Of a stretch of 64,000 bases of DNA, positions 51,105-63,874 are shown piece by piece. Below the pieces are notes generated by a model. It searched no databases, had not been told where the DNA came from, and saw nothing but the letters and a program-made list of their open reading frames with translations. Within the stretch, counting starts at the first letter, position 1, and the number at the start of each line of letters is the position of its first letter. The position numbers were made by a program, and so were the translations under genes. This DNA comes from Lama glama (taxonomy: Eukaryota), in assembly GCA_028534125.1 (NCBI GenBank), contig CM052817.1:96474001-96538000 (forward strand), read 5' to 3'.

Positions 51105-51450
51105 AGGTAGAAGGCAGTTGAAAAGTACAAACTTCCAATTATAAGATGAACAAGTACCTGGGATATAATGTATAGCATGATAAATACAATTAACACTGCT
51201 GTATGTTGTATAGGAAAGTTGTTAAGAGTGTAGATCCTAAGAGTTCTCATCACAAGAAAAACTTTTTTTTCTACTTCTTTTGTTTCACATGTGTATGAGA
51301 TGATGGATATTCACTAGATTGATTGTGGTCATCATTTCATGATGTATACAAGGCAAGCCATTATGCTGTCCATCTGAAACTTACACAGTACTGTCAATTA
51401 CATCTCAATAAAATTTGAAGAAAAATAAATAAATAATAAGCAAACAAATA
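51105..51450 (+). mobile_element. L1 3' UTR (L1MA9-like)
   Basis: 'gtacaaacttccaattataagatgaacaagt...gatcctaagagttctcatcacaag...tcaattacatctcaataaa'. Confidence 0.85.
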
Positions 51451-53269
51451 AATAAAACATTCAGGTAAAGCCTTTCATGTAACATGGCCATATTTTCTTT
51501 CTTTCTCCCTAACTCAAGTACACAAAGGAAATAATCCTTTGGAGAAAAATTATCAGTTATTAGTAGTTCCATTATGAGTAAGAAAAAGTGATCCAAACAT
51601 TTTCTGGGTTCATTCACTAGAATGCTAACTGAAGCTGTTTCTCAAGATGACCATCAGTCCTTAAATACATACAGAGAAGAGGTGTCACCCTCAGAGAGCA
51701 TCTGAGAGGTCTTTATGGGTGAATCCCAGGATAACCCCAAAGGAGATGAATGGTTGAGTTGTATAAACTCCATTTTGCTGACGGGAAAATCAATATGCAT
51801 AAAATCCTATTATATTGCTCCCCTAGTCTAGCCAATGAGTCCCCATCTTCTGGCTCCCCAACAGGGACCATTTTTCAGCCACCAGGTCCCATTCAATTAG
51901 AGGGATAGTCAGCACTTACAACTTGATGGCTCTGATTTCATCCAAACACTAAAGTAACCACATGGAGTAATAACATATGAGTGTAAAACCACATCTCCAG
52001 GACAAAGCATATTGCAAAAACTAATTGTAACCTTGGTGAGTGAGTAAGCCTTTCAAAATTATTCTCAAACATCATTATATGTATGAAAATCAAGTTTGGA
52101 TTAGCCCTTACCCATTTTAACAAGCAGTTCCATGCCTGTCCTTCCTAAATGAGTCTACATCAGTGTTTGTTTTGCTTTGGAAACTATCAAAAAATTAAAC
52201 AGTTTACAAAAACAGATAAATAAGGTAGAAAAATCTGATCAGAAAGGTGAAAATGGCTCAGAAGCAGCCCTGCTTCTCCCCTCACGACACCTTCCACTGA
52301 CACTGTCAGATTCTGGAACTGAGTCTGCAACTCAATAACCATTAATTTTAGACCAATCTTTCGAGTTTACACGTGAAAAAACTGAGGCTCACAGAGTGAA
52401 CAACAGACACAAATTAATTACAAAGCAAAAGGAGAAGACAATCTGATCCTAAATCAGTGTTTTATAGCATGGTCCTGTCTTGCCTTCACTAGGTTAAGAG
52501 ATTCCTGTTATTCAATTATGATGTATGATTCCCAGATTCTCTTGTCCCCTTCTTCTGGAGTATTAAAAAAAAAAAAGCTGAATTTCAAAAAGCCTAACTC
52601 TTGAATTTTTGTATGTCCTAGAAAGAAACACGAGAAGACATTTTCATGGCTATTGTGGAGCATAGAATGACTTCATGCAGATATTCACAGCTTAAAATCC
52701 CACATTGGTAAATTCAGCTTTCTATGCATTTCTTCTTTTAGTAACTTTCAGTTATTTTTAGGGCAAATGAACAATAGTTAGACAATAGTGGTGCTACAGA
52801 GAATTGACTGAAAACAGACATTCTCCCATTCATTGAAAAATACCTAAAAGTTGCTATGTATATAAAATTACCACATTTCCATAGTCACTTATTCTAAATA
52901 AAATTTAACTGTGATTCACAAGACTTCTACAAGTATAACTGAAATTCACTCCTTATGTAAATGAAAAGTGGCTGTTCTATAATATTATTTGCACTAACTT
53001 AACTTTTTAATTTTCTTACTGAAAAATATAAAGTTGAAAACTTTTATATAGTTACATATATTGGAAATTATTATGTTATTTTCATGTTTATCTTTAGGAT
53101 GGCCCTTTAAAATGATAAAATGGATATTCATTTCTACTAAAAACATATTTAACCAACATTTTGCCTATCCAATATAATCCAAATCTCAGAATGAAATAGT
53201 CTCTCTATAACTCTAATTTTATTCAACAGAGTTTAGAACTGGTAGATTCATACTGGGCTTTAAGCATTT

Positions 53270-53600
53270 TTTTTCTTTCTTTGTTAAAGATAACATTTCC
53301 CCATTATAGTAAGAGTATATGGTCATTGTAGAATATTCAGCAAATAGAAAACAGCATTAGAAGGAACATTTTAAATTTACTATAATACTAAGACCTGGGG
53401 TAAATACTGGAAATAATGTTTTACTATATTTTAATAATTTTTATTTTCTGCTGCCTCCCCTCCTTTGATATTAATGAATCTTTTACTGTGTTGTTAGGTA
53501 TTCTTAGAGAATGTGGTACTGAATCATTGCCTCATAATCTAATTACAAACCATATTTTATTTCATCAATTCCTAATGCTGGGTGTTTAAGGGACTGTCTT
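53270..53600 (-). mobile_element. Old L1ME-type 3' fragment
   Basis: 'atatggtcattgtagaatattcagcaaatagaaaa...tcaattcctaatgctgggtgtttaag'. Confidence 0.5.
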
Positions 53601-55533
53601 CAGAGAGCTATAAAAACCAGTAGGAGGAGTAATGCTACTGCCCCACAGGACACCACCAGCCCACCTTGAGCCAATCAGGGACAGAGTCACATCTGCATCC
53701 TCCCTACGCTCAACCCCAGCAGGTTTAAGAAGATGGGGAGGTCTGCTCACGCCAAGTCAGATTTTGAGGGAGGCAACTCCACAAGTTCAGCCATCTGATG
53801 TTCCATATAGAATATCAGAGTTTACATGTTTATTTGGCATATTAAGGTGGACACCTGCAGAGTCTATCGTCAACAGTTAGTTCCTCTAAAACAGTTAGTG
53901 CCTCTGAAAGCCCAAACCTAAGGTTTTGCAAAGGCCTTACCCATGCATGACTCTCTTGGCCACTATTCATTCCTAATATTTCCTGAGCAATATATCTCAG
54001 TGAAAGCAATTATTATGCAACCAATCCAACAACCACTAGATATCATGCCTGCCCTACTTTGGGGCAGCAGACACCTTTTATTTTGCTCCCAAGACCATAT
54101 ATGTACCGATTAAAAGCAGGCATGCTTGTTTAGGCCCTGAGAAGGGAGGTGATGAATGGTATGTCTGAACGGCTTGGTCCCTGGCTTGGTGTCACTGAAA
54201 CGCCACACTCTTCACTGAAGTCTCTTGATAAGCCTGACAGTGCTGAGCAATTTTTATCAGCACACTTTATATCAGAGAACCCGAGCTGAAAGTTAGCACG
54301 TGGGGTGTTCTGTCAGCACAGAAGGCTTATACCATTAGTAGATCTAAATAGAGTTTAGATTGCAGAGCCAAACAAAAATCTAGGTCATGAAGTGCATACA
54401 AGAAAAGGTTACAATGACTCCAATCTGAATAAATGCTGTTTTGTGGGAACCAAAGAAATTAATCTTGCAGTCTAGGTAATAAAGGAACACTGACTCGTAT
54501 ATTGATTTACATACATTATTTTTATACTATTTGGGCAGCTTATTCTTTAGGCTATTTGGACTAAAGCATTCTGGGAGGGATCTGCGGTATTTCCATGAGC
54601 CAAGTAGGGATTTTTTTATATAAGAACAAAAAACAAAGCTTCTCCAGTTTCTCTGGAGAGCTTATCCCGAGAGACTAACTAAATATTGCAGTGCTGTATA
54701 ATCTTGAAAATGTAAAACTCTGAAAGAAAAGAAGATGCCCATGAGAATTCTAATTCATGAGACAAAATTCAAAAATGTGTTCACAGAAATTTAAACTTTT
54801 GATATTTACATAACACAACGTAAAGTAGAATATGACTTAGTTTTTACACCATAAAATGAATGCAAAATATACTGGAGAAAAAAATCAGTATTTCCCTTTA
54901 GGGACCATCAAAAGCCATTATATCTTCCAAATATTTACCAAAGTTCAAGGCTAATGGAAAACATGTATGAAAAGCATTTGATAAATAGATCTGAGTGCTC
55001 AATAAAGGAGAAATATAATAAATTTGCCTGGAGTACACTTGATCATGAGAAGAGAGGCCTTGGACTGTTCCCCAATCCATTTTTTTTTAAATATGAGAAT
55101 CAAAGCTGACTAAATTTAGTTCCTTCACTTATTATTGTACATCATATGCTGGAAATGCCAGTGAGAAAGGGAATTCTTGGAAAATGGAACTACAGGAGAA
55201 ATTCCTGAAAGAAGAAGAGGAAGGCATGAAACAAGGGAAAAAGAGAAAATATAACTTGAATAACAATAAATTTAATCATCACTATGTAAATGTGATCATG
55301 GGAAAATCTCTAAGGAAGTCATACGATTCCTTCTATTAGAAATACTACCTGCACTTCCAGGAAAAATGGTGACCTGAGAACAGATAGGTAACTCTCCCAT
55401 GGAATGTAAAACAGAGAAAAAAGTGGCATCAGTGATAAACAATAGGGAAGAGTATCAAGATCATGTCAGAAATGTTAAGGAAGTGTTACTAGAGATGATG
55501 TAAAGAGAGTACAGCGGAAGAAGATATGGAGGC

Positions 55534-56028
55534 TGTGGTAGGCAGAGTGACTGTCCCCCCAAAGACGTCACCTCCTAATCCCTGGAGTCTGTGAATATGT
55601 TATGTTACATGAAAAATGAGAATTCAACTTGCAGGTGGAATTAAGGTTGCTAAGCAGCTGATCTTTAGTGAGATTGTCCAGGTGGCTCTAATGTAACCAC
55701 AGAGGTCCTTCAAAGTGGCAGAGGGAGGCAGAAGAGGAGGTCAGAGTGATGAAGAGTGAGAAGGGCTTGATGCATCTTTGCTGGCTCTGAGATGAAGGAA
55801 GGGGCCACAAGCCAAGGGATACAGGAGGCCTGGAGAGGCTGGAGAAGGTGAGGGGCTGTCCCCTACCCAGAGTCTTACAGAAAGGAGTGCAGCCCCGCCA
55901 GTGCCTGATGGCGGCCCAGTATGAGGTATGGCAGACTTCTGACCTCCAGAACTGTCAGAGGATTCATCTGTGTGGTTTGAACCACTAAAGTGGTTCCTTG
56001 TTTTTGGCAGCAATAGAAAACAAATTTA
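55534..56028 (+). mobile_element. MLT1D-like MaLR solo LTR
   Basis: 'tgtggtaggcaga...cctaatccctgg...ggaattaaggttgcta...gacttctgacctccagaactgt...gcagcaatagaaaac'; perfect 5-bp TSD gaggc 55529-55533 / 56029-56033. Confidence 0.9.
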
Positions 56029-56359
56029 GAGGCCTCTTAAGAAACTAGCATAGAAATGGATAGAGGAGAGCCTGAAAACTATAAAGATGTTTCAAATGCT
56101 CCTAATTTCAGGACAAAGCTCTGGTAACAAGAAAGGTCTCAGAAAAGCAGCAGCACACAGCTTGCAAAGTCCCTCTGTCCCTGGAATCAGCAGCATTCAA
56201 ACCGATTGTGATGAAAGGCCCAAAAGCTTGTAGAATGAGCACATCAAAGACTGTACATGCTCCAAGGTAACAGACTTTGTGCTGTCTATCTCCCTTGGTG
56301 CCATACACTGTAGATGGCATGGGTAAAGATTTCCATGCTTCTCTAAACGTGACTTAGAT

Positions 56360-56974
56360 TGGATCCTTCAACCCCATTTAAAGTTATCACTTCAGCAATT
56401 TCTCCTCTTTCCAACATCGTCAACTATTCTGCTCTCTCTCCGGATTATTCCCAACAGCATATTCTATGATGTTCCTTGTCAAATCTTTAAACACACACAC
56501 ACCCCAGCTTTCTCTTGCCCCTCGTTCCACTTTCCCACTAGCAACTACCTTATATCTTTGCTCTAAAACTTCTTAAAAGAGTCATCTCTAACCGCTGTTT
56601 CCAATTCCTGTCCTTCCATGTTTTTCAAGGCACGTGTAGCAGGCACTATCTTCTGAGAACACCCGCGACTACCATGGTGCTAAATGCAATGGTAAGTTCC
56701 CGGTCCCCATCTTACTGACAGCAGCAGCATTTGACCAGCTGTCTCCCTTTTTCTCTTGGCTCCCAGAGTAACCATCTTGCTTTCCCTCCTGCCTTGTTGA
56801 ACCCTCCTTGTCAGTTTCCCTTTGGGAGAATTCTCTCTGCCTCGATTTCTTAATGGTGGATTAATCCACAGCGCACGTCTCTCCTTTATTTACATTTACT
56901 CGGGTGGTTTAATCTAATCTCATGATTTTACACATTTCTTGGAATCCTTCAACTTATATTTCCATGACTGATTT
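56360..56974 (+). mobile_element. L2 LINE (5' part)
   Basis: 'gctaaatgcaatggtaagttccc...gcagcatttgacca...ctcatgattttac'. Confidence 0.75.
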
Positions 56975-57876
56975 TTTTTTCATTTTTCAGTTTTATTATG
57001 TAGAACTGTTACAATTTGACTATACATAATCAATATATTACATGTAAATACATATACATAATATACTACTGCACATTTTAAAAAATTTACTTATATGTAT
57101 GGTTCATTGTTTTTAAGAACATTTATAGCTTTTGCTTTTTAAACTTACATAGTTATTAAAGTAAGAAAGTTAAAGTGGTTATAACTTTATAGTAGTTATA
57201 ACTTCATAACTTAGTTATCAAAGGAATAAAGCCAGCCACAAAATAAGAATTAATTCAAAACACCCACTATTAACAGCAACATTATTTACAATTTCCAGGA
57301 CGTGGAAGCATCCTAAGTGCATACCAATAAGTGAACGGATAAAGAAGATGCAATATATATATGTAATGGAATACAGCTCACCCATAAGAAAGAAGGATAT
57401 TTTGCCATTTGCAGTCCTTCATTCACTTTTTTTTTTCACTTCAAAAACTAGAATTTTATAACTGGCATAAGCATTTCCGTTTCATTCAAAACAACAAAAT
57501 ACCTAGAAATAAACTTAACCAAAGAGGTTACCTATATTCTGAAAACTAAAACATTGATGAAAGAAATTGAAGGTGATACAAAGAAATGGAAAGACATCTT
57601 GTGCCCTAGGACTGAAAGAATCAACATTATCAAAATGGCCATACTACCCAAAGCAATCTATATATCCAGTGCAACCCCTGTGAAAATACTCATGACATTT
57701 TTCACAGAACTAGAACAAACAATTCAAAAATTTATATTAAACCATAAAAGACCTCAAACTGCTAAAGCAATCTTTTGTAGGTCTTCTTTTTTTTTTCTCT
57801 TTTTTTTTTCTCTTTTCTTATGATTTGATCACTAGAGAAGTTCCTTTAATATTTGTTGTAAAGCTGGTTGGTGGTG
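56975..57876 (-). mobile_element. TSD-flanked polyadenylated mosaic retro-insertion (L1 fragments plus unique sequence)
   Basis: TSD ttccatgactgattt 56960-56974 / ttccagaactgattt 57877-57891; poly(T) at ~56972-56980; minus-strand AATAAA at ~56992-56997; internal L1 pieces in both orientations. Confidence 0.7.
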
Positions 57877-58390
57877 TTCCAGAACTGATTTCTATCTTCA
57901 ACTCTACTCTCATACACAAAGCTGCCTACTTTACATCTTCTCTTGGATTTCTAATAGACGCATCACATTCAACATGTACAGAACTCAATGTCCAGTCTTT
58001 CCCCTCGAACACACTTTATCCATAGCATCCTTCATCTCAGTTAAAGGCAATCCTATCCTTACAGTTCTTCAAGCCAAAAAATAATAGTAATAACTTGGAT
58101 TCTTTCTTAATAATTTTAATCAAACACCCCACATCCATTCCATTTGTAAATCCTGTTGACTCTCCTTTCAAAATGTATCCAGAATCTGACAACTTATATT
58201 ATCTCCATAGCTAACCTTCCCAGTCTAAACCATCATCATTTTTCACTTAAACTACTGCAACAATTTCCTACCAGCTCTCCCCCTCTCCATCCTTCTCCTT
58301 TTACTGTCTGCTCTCAACACAGCATCCAGAGTCATTGAATGTCTCTCAGGACTCTTCATGGCTTTCATTTCACTCAGAACCTCAAGGTCT
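57877..58390 (+). mobile_element. L2 LINE (3' continuation)
   Basis: 'ctgcctactttacatcttctcttggatttctaatag...catctcagttaaaggcaa...ttcaaaatgtatccagaatctgac'. Confidence 0.85.
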
Positions 58391-58414
58391 GCTACTCTCT
58401 CCTTCGTTCACTCC

Positions 58415-58550
58415 TCATTCATCAGAAATGTGTCCCTTGGCCACAGCTCACTTCAAGGAAGCCTGGGAAACCAAGCCTTTTAGCTGGGCACATTGCCACC
58501 CAACAAAATAGGGAGATGAGTAATTATTAGGGAGGCAGCCAGCAACTCAT
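58415..58550 (-). mobile_element. Old MaLR (MLT1J/K/L-like) LTR fragment
   Basis: 'tggccacagctcacttcaaggaagcctgggaaa...ttttagctgggcacattgcc'. Confidence 0.6.
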
Positions 58551-58559
58551 GCACAAATG

Positions 58560-58700
58560 ACTATCTTATTTTTCAAATAGTGAAACAAAGCCTCAGAAAA
58601 GTTAGATGACTTTCTTAGAAGTAAGTTTCCTAGAAAGTAATTTAGTTAGAAAATGGTAAATAGGAATTCAAATTCAGGTCTGATTCCACATTCCCTTACC
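58560..58700 (-). mobile_element. MIR fragment
   Basis: 'gaaacaaagcctcagaaaagttagatgactt...ggaattcaaattcaggtctgattcca'. Confidence 0.7.
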
Positions 58701-59484
58701 CTTCTATTACATTAGACAACCTCCCTCATTTATTAGAAGATTACAAATCTCTGGATGATTTTGAGTTGAAAATTTGTTCTCTCAAACTGCCTTTCCCAAA
58801 ATAGACATCTCAAAAATGTTCTTGATAATGATTAAAATTATATTTCCAGACAATGTCCATCATTGATTGTGTTACCTGTGCTAGAATGGGATTTTATTTT
58901 AAACTCATTTTAAGTGTTTAAGCGTTTCTTCTCTCTGTAGCAACTGGAGTAAAGTCTAACAAATATCTTTGTTTTGCATTTTAACAATAACTTTAGTTCA
59001 GTTATGCTCAATCTAGGTGACACATTCTATTCCTCTATGCAGCTTTTTAAATGACAGATTTCTTCTGATTTTGATCTAAGCAAGTTAGGGGGGCCTGGGA
59101 CTAAGCATTAAGAAAAATTCCCTTAATATTTTAATATGAAGCCAAATTTTGAAATTATAGGTTTAATTAGGTAGTCTTAATAGCTCTAAGCTCTTAAATT
59201 CAGAGACTGCAAAGTCTCCTCATGAGATGATAACTACAAAACTCTCCCTCCCACACCTCCCATCACCTCTGTCATTACTCTACGTGCCCCAGCCTCAATG
59301 AAGTAAGGCACTATCCTGCCACTACTGTGAGGTTTCATGTCTCCATCATTACAGATATGTAGCTGCTTTGAATGTTTTCCTCTCCCTACATCCCTTCATC
59401 TGACAGTAAACTATTTTTCCCATCAAGATTCATCATATACATCACTGTCTCTGTGGAGAGAGCTCCTTTTTGGCCACCACTTCA

Positions 59485-59915
59485 CTGTTGCAGAGACTGC
59501 TGGAGGCCACCAAAGATTGCTGCTCTCTTCCTTGTGAGGGTTACAATGATTTTCTTAGAAGTAGCTGCCAATTTCCCAGCTGCCTTGTGTCAAGGCGGAG
59601 CCATGTCACTGGTTCTAGCCAATGGAATGTGGACATAAGTGACATATATCATTTCCCAGAAGAAATCTGTGTATCCTCCATGAATTCCGCCCTCCACCTA
59701 CCAGCTGCATGACCCCAGGGTGACCTTAAAGTACAAGATGTTGGAGACAGAAGGTAGAAGCAGCCCCAGTCTCTGAGTCATTGCTTAGTGGAAAGACAGC
59801 CCAGGAGAGCTGTTCATTCAAGGTCATCAGCATTGGATTAAAACATAAGAAAGAAATAAATTTTCTTTGTATGAAGCCACTAGGATTTGGAGTTCTTTTT
59901 GACAGGAGTTCCCTG
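59485..59915 (+). mobile_element. Old MaLR (MLT1H/I/J-like) LTR
   Basis: 'atttcccagctgccttg...gccatgtcactggttctagccaatggaatgtg...gaaataaattttc...aagccactaggatttgg'. Confidence 0.8.
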
Positions 59916-60778
59916 TCAAATGAACTTTGTCCTCTACTCAATTTAACACTTTCTTACAGAAAGACATTTATTTAATGTTTGCCTCCCTTCCTTGTTTGTA
60001 AATTACTTGCACTCTAAGTCCTGAGCCCAGCATAGGATAGGCTCTCACTAAAGTTTAGTGAATTGAGTACAATAATGATTACTAAAGGATGCTGGTACAG
60101 CTAGAGCTGTAGTTCGACTCCACAAGACTCTATCTCCTATCTTGGGCATCTATGGTGCCCAAGAGTTCTTTCCTTTAATTGATGCAGCTGTCCTAATCCC
60201 AATACTCAGGACACCTTGATCTGCAAAACTTCCCCCCCCACAACCAAAAGGACCAAGTTGATTTTTTATCACCTCTACCCTGTGTATCAGATCTGTAGCT
60301 ATCAAAATTTGCCTGGACATCATGCTTTTATCTGATGGGTCAGTAAATCCATCTACTGAAATTTTACTCCTTCTTTGCTGAATTCCCAGCAAAATGAGTC
60401 CCTGGCACACAGGAACATAGCATGAACATGGCATTTTATTAATATTGCAAGTAGAGAATATTTAGTTCTTAGTGTGTCCATTTTCCCTTTTAGATTCTAT
60501 GCCCCTTTAAGGCAAAAGTCTCTTGTATCTTTGTATCCTTAGCAGCTACTCCATCGATGTGTTTTTTAGTTAAATGGCATGGAGCAAATTATGGAGTAGA
60601 ATTAAATACAAAATTTTCTGATTGCTCTCTAACAAAGAGGCTCTTCTATAGGAACTACTTATAACTGTAATCAGATTGAATAGCCATTAAAGCGTAATTG
60701 CTTATTTATTTATATTCACAAGTGTATCCTTCCAGAAAAGAGCTAGAGATCACTTTTGATCAGTAAGAGAACTTCAAT

Positions 60779-60796
60779 TTCCTAGGCTATAAAATG
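60779..60796. repeat. (TG)n microsatellite
   Basis: Directly visible. Confidence 0.9.
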
Positions 60797-61944
60797 CATG
60801 TGTGTGTGTGTGTGTGCATGTCTGTGAATGCATATGTCTCACTATGTATCTAAGAGATAAAGCTGTGGGTAGCTTTGTTCATCTTTAAAGAGAGCTAAAC
60901 TACTGACTATGGCTTTCCCCAGGCTCAGTCTCAATTGACTTAGCAGCCTATTCCAAAGCCGTGCTCATCTCTGAACATTATCCACTAAATGAGAAAAAGA
61001 GAATAACAGAAAAGTGGAAAAAAACATCCTAAACACATTAAAAAATTAAAACACCATACTTCCATTATGTGCCTGGCAAAATTATACATGTAGTTTTGGA
61101 ATCTATGAATAGAGTAGGTTTCAATAAAATTGCTTATCATGTTTTTCAACCTATGTGTAAACCATATGACAATTTTAGAACCTATAGGTTGTTTTCAAAG
61201 CCACACGTCTTGAATAATATTTACTCTTACTGGAAACACTTAGCTTAGGAATCTTTCCTGTATTGCTCCAAAATTCTTTGCATTCTAGAAAGGCTGGAAG
61301 GCCTCAGGAACTATGTCTCCCTCTATGTCCCTCACAAGGTACAAGCTAATTGCCTACTCAATTTAATCATGTTGCTTTTCATTATTAAAAATTAAATTAC
61401 TAACTATGTGAATCTGGCATCTTCATCGTCTTTGTCACTGCATTCCTCCCTATGTTCCTGACCTCATAGTCATTGCTCAGTTTTGTAACCAAATTAAGAA
61501 CACATGTGTCAGATTTAGCTATCAGAAACTGGAACTCTTCTTAACTTTAATCTGCACAACACCCTGGATTTTTAATGCCATTCATTAAAACTACATTTGG
61601 TTCTTTTTATTCTTTACCTCCAAGTTTCAAATAGAGAATCTTTGCCTTCAGAACCCACATTTAGAATGATGAAGGGAAAAAGTGAGCCCTACATATATTT
61701 GCCAAGTCGTCCTGACTTTGGTACAGCTGAATCAATCTCCCTCTGTCCCAAACCAAGCTTATGAAGAGTCCAGCCCATATTTCTAGAAAGGATCTGGCTT
61801 GAGTTTAGGCTGTCAGATGACTGGGAGATTTCCAGCTGCTTGTCAAGAAAAATTTGTTGAACAATATGTCTGTGTCATTTATTGTGCCCCAAAGTCAGAG
61901 TTATGAGGAAACTTCCTTATTAGGAACAAATCAAAATCCCAAGA

Positions 61945-62000
61945 TTCACAGAGATGGAGAAAGGGCTTCACAGAGATGGAGAAAAGGCCTCACAAAGAGG
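61945..62000. repeat. 22-bp tandem repeat, about 2.5 copies
   Basis: ttcacagagatggagaaagggc / ttcacagagatggagaaaaggc / ctcacaaagagg. Confidence 0.9.
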
Positions 62001-62109
62001 CATATTGCCTTAGCAGATATTTAAGACAATGTGTCAGAAATGAAAGATATTGTTTGAGTGTGATGTGGAATCCCACAGACAATCAAAAGGGCAGCCAAGT
62101 CAATACCAG

Positions 62110-62240
62110 GGGCCTTGGGATCAGGTCCTGGCTCTGGGCCTCAACTACTCATGGACAGATGGGAGGGGCTGCCAGGCTGTGCCTCAGTTCCTGCCTCTGC
62201 AGTTGGAACCCTGGATCATCTAATGCACTGACTCTCCCAT
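62110..62240 (+). mobile_element. MIR fragment
   Basis: 'caggtcctggctctgggcctcaactact...ctgtgcctcagttcctgcctctgca'. Confidence 0.6.
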
Positions 62241-63262
62241 CGCCAACCCTGTCAAATACACAGTGGGGTGTGGCCATGTCAATAACGCAGAGACCTCAAA
62301 CCAACCACAAAGCAAATGGAGCAGAATGGAATGGAGCCTCAGAATCTTGACCTTTTATGAATACTCCGGTTGATTCCTAATCACAGGAAAGAATGAGAAC
62401 CACTACTTTGGTGCCAATTCTAACGGCAGGCAGGAATTACAACTAAGGGGACAAAGTCTGAGATTCTGGGACTCAGCATCAAGTCCCCCTTCTCGGTTTT
62501 CTCACCCACGTCTGATCAGTGGGTGTTGCCTGTACACTACAGGCAACTATAATGGCAATACAGTCTCCATCTTGTGTCTTAGTTCAAATAATTGGGATTT
62601 TGGTCTTATACCTCCATGATTCCCTGCCTACAACCTGCCTAAAACTAGCCCACTTCAGAAGATCAGTTCTGTGGCCCCATGACTGGAAATCTGTTCCTGA
62701 ATTGTTCTGTGGCTGAAGTCTGCCTCTCTGATGACTGCCCTCCTGAAATACAGAATCACTGCCCCTGTGTTTTCCTTTGCTATCTGCCACTCACCTGTCA
62801 GAATCATCAGCGCCTGGTGTTTTTGCTGCTTCCCCCAAATCGAGACAACTACTTGTTGCCTATCACCAGAGGCTTCAGATATCATAATCTGGCCCAGCTT
62901 TTCTTTTCACTTGGCTTTGTGCCCCCAGAACACCATAACTCTAATGCAAAGGTTGAGTTTTTCTCCTTCATTACACTGTTACAGTTACCTGGGTCATGTC
63001 TAGCCATGCCTCAAAATAACATAAGATATTTTCTAAGGGAACTTTCAGCTAAAATGTTCTACAGTGCTTTGACTTGAGGACCCCCAAAACACATGAAGAT
63101 GGGTAGCAGGAAAGACATTTATGAATGAGTGGATTTCTCAAGTGTTCCCGTATTCCTCCAGGATGGGAGTGAGACAAGGCTACTGGAAATGTAAAGATGA
63201 ACAAAAAGACAGATGAGTCATACAGGCTGGGACCTCAGAGAGTCATGCTAGGTTGTTAAACG

Positions 63263-63371
63263 TAGAGTGACCAACTCTCTCAGTTTCCCAAGACTGAGGG
63301 GTTTCTGGGATGGGACTTTCAGGGCTCAAATTGGAAAAGGTCTAGACATACTAAATGAATTGGCCACCCTA
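63263..63371 (+). mobile_element. MER94-like hAT-Blackjack MITE
   Basis: TIRs tagagtgaccaa...ttggccacccta; internal 'gactgaggggtttctggga...gggactttcag'. Confidence 0.85.
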
Positions 63372-63489
63372 GAATTTGAAATTGTTTGGAGCTATGCTGA
63401 ATCAAAGATTCGAGATGTGAAAGAATTGTACCAAGAAGGAAAGGAAATTAGATTTTCTTTCCTGTATTTTGAGAAAAATATGTAAATAC

Positions 63490-63730
63490 CAGAATTCATG
63501 AATAAAGCGCCTCCTCTGTGTCAGGCATTGCCCATATATAATCTTTCTCAGTCCTCACAACTATCTTATGAAGCAGTTATTGCAGGTTTCATTTTCCAGA
63601 TGAGGAAACAGAAGCACAGAAAAGTAGGTAACTAGGTAAGACCACAAGACTAGCAAGTTGTAAAGCCAAGACACAAACCCAGGCAACTTGGCTTTATCCA
63701 TTTAATCACCTCAATTCTCTACGGTATTGC
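63490..63730 (-). mobile_element. MIR SINE
   Basis: 'tgtgtcaggcattg...tcctcacaac...attttccagatgaggaaacagaagcacagaaaagt'. Confidence 0.85.
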
Positions 63731-63874
63731 ATATAGACTGCAAGAATGTTACAGTTACAGGAAACCATAGCAACTATTTAGTTAGCCTAAACTCCTCATT
63801 TTATTAATGGTAAACCATAGGCCCAGATATTATGAAAGACTTGGGAAGACAGTGCGTAAATCAGAAAGAACATA

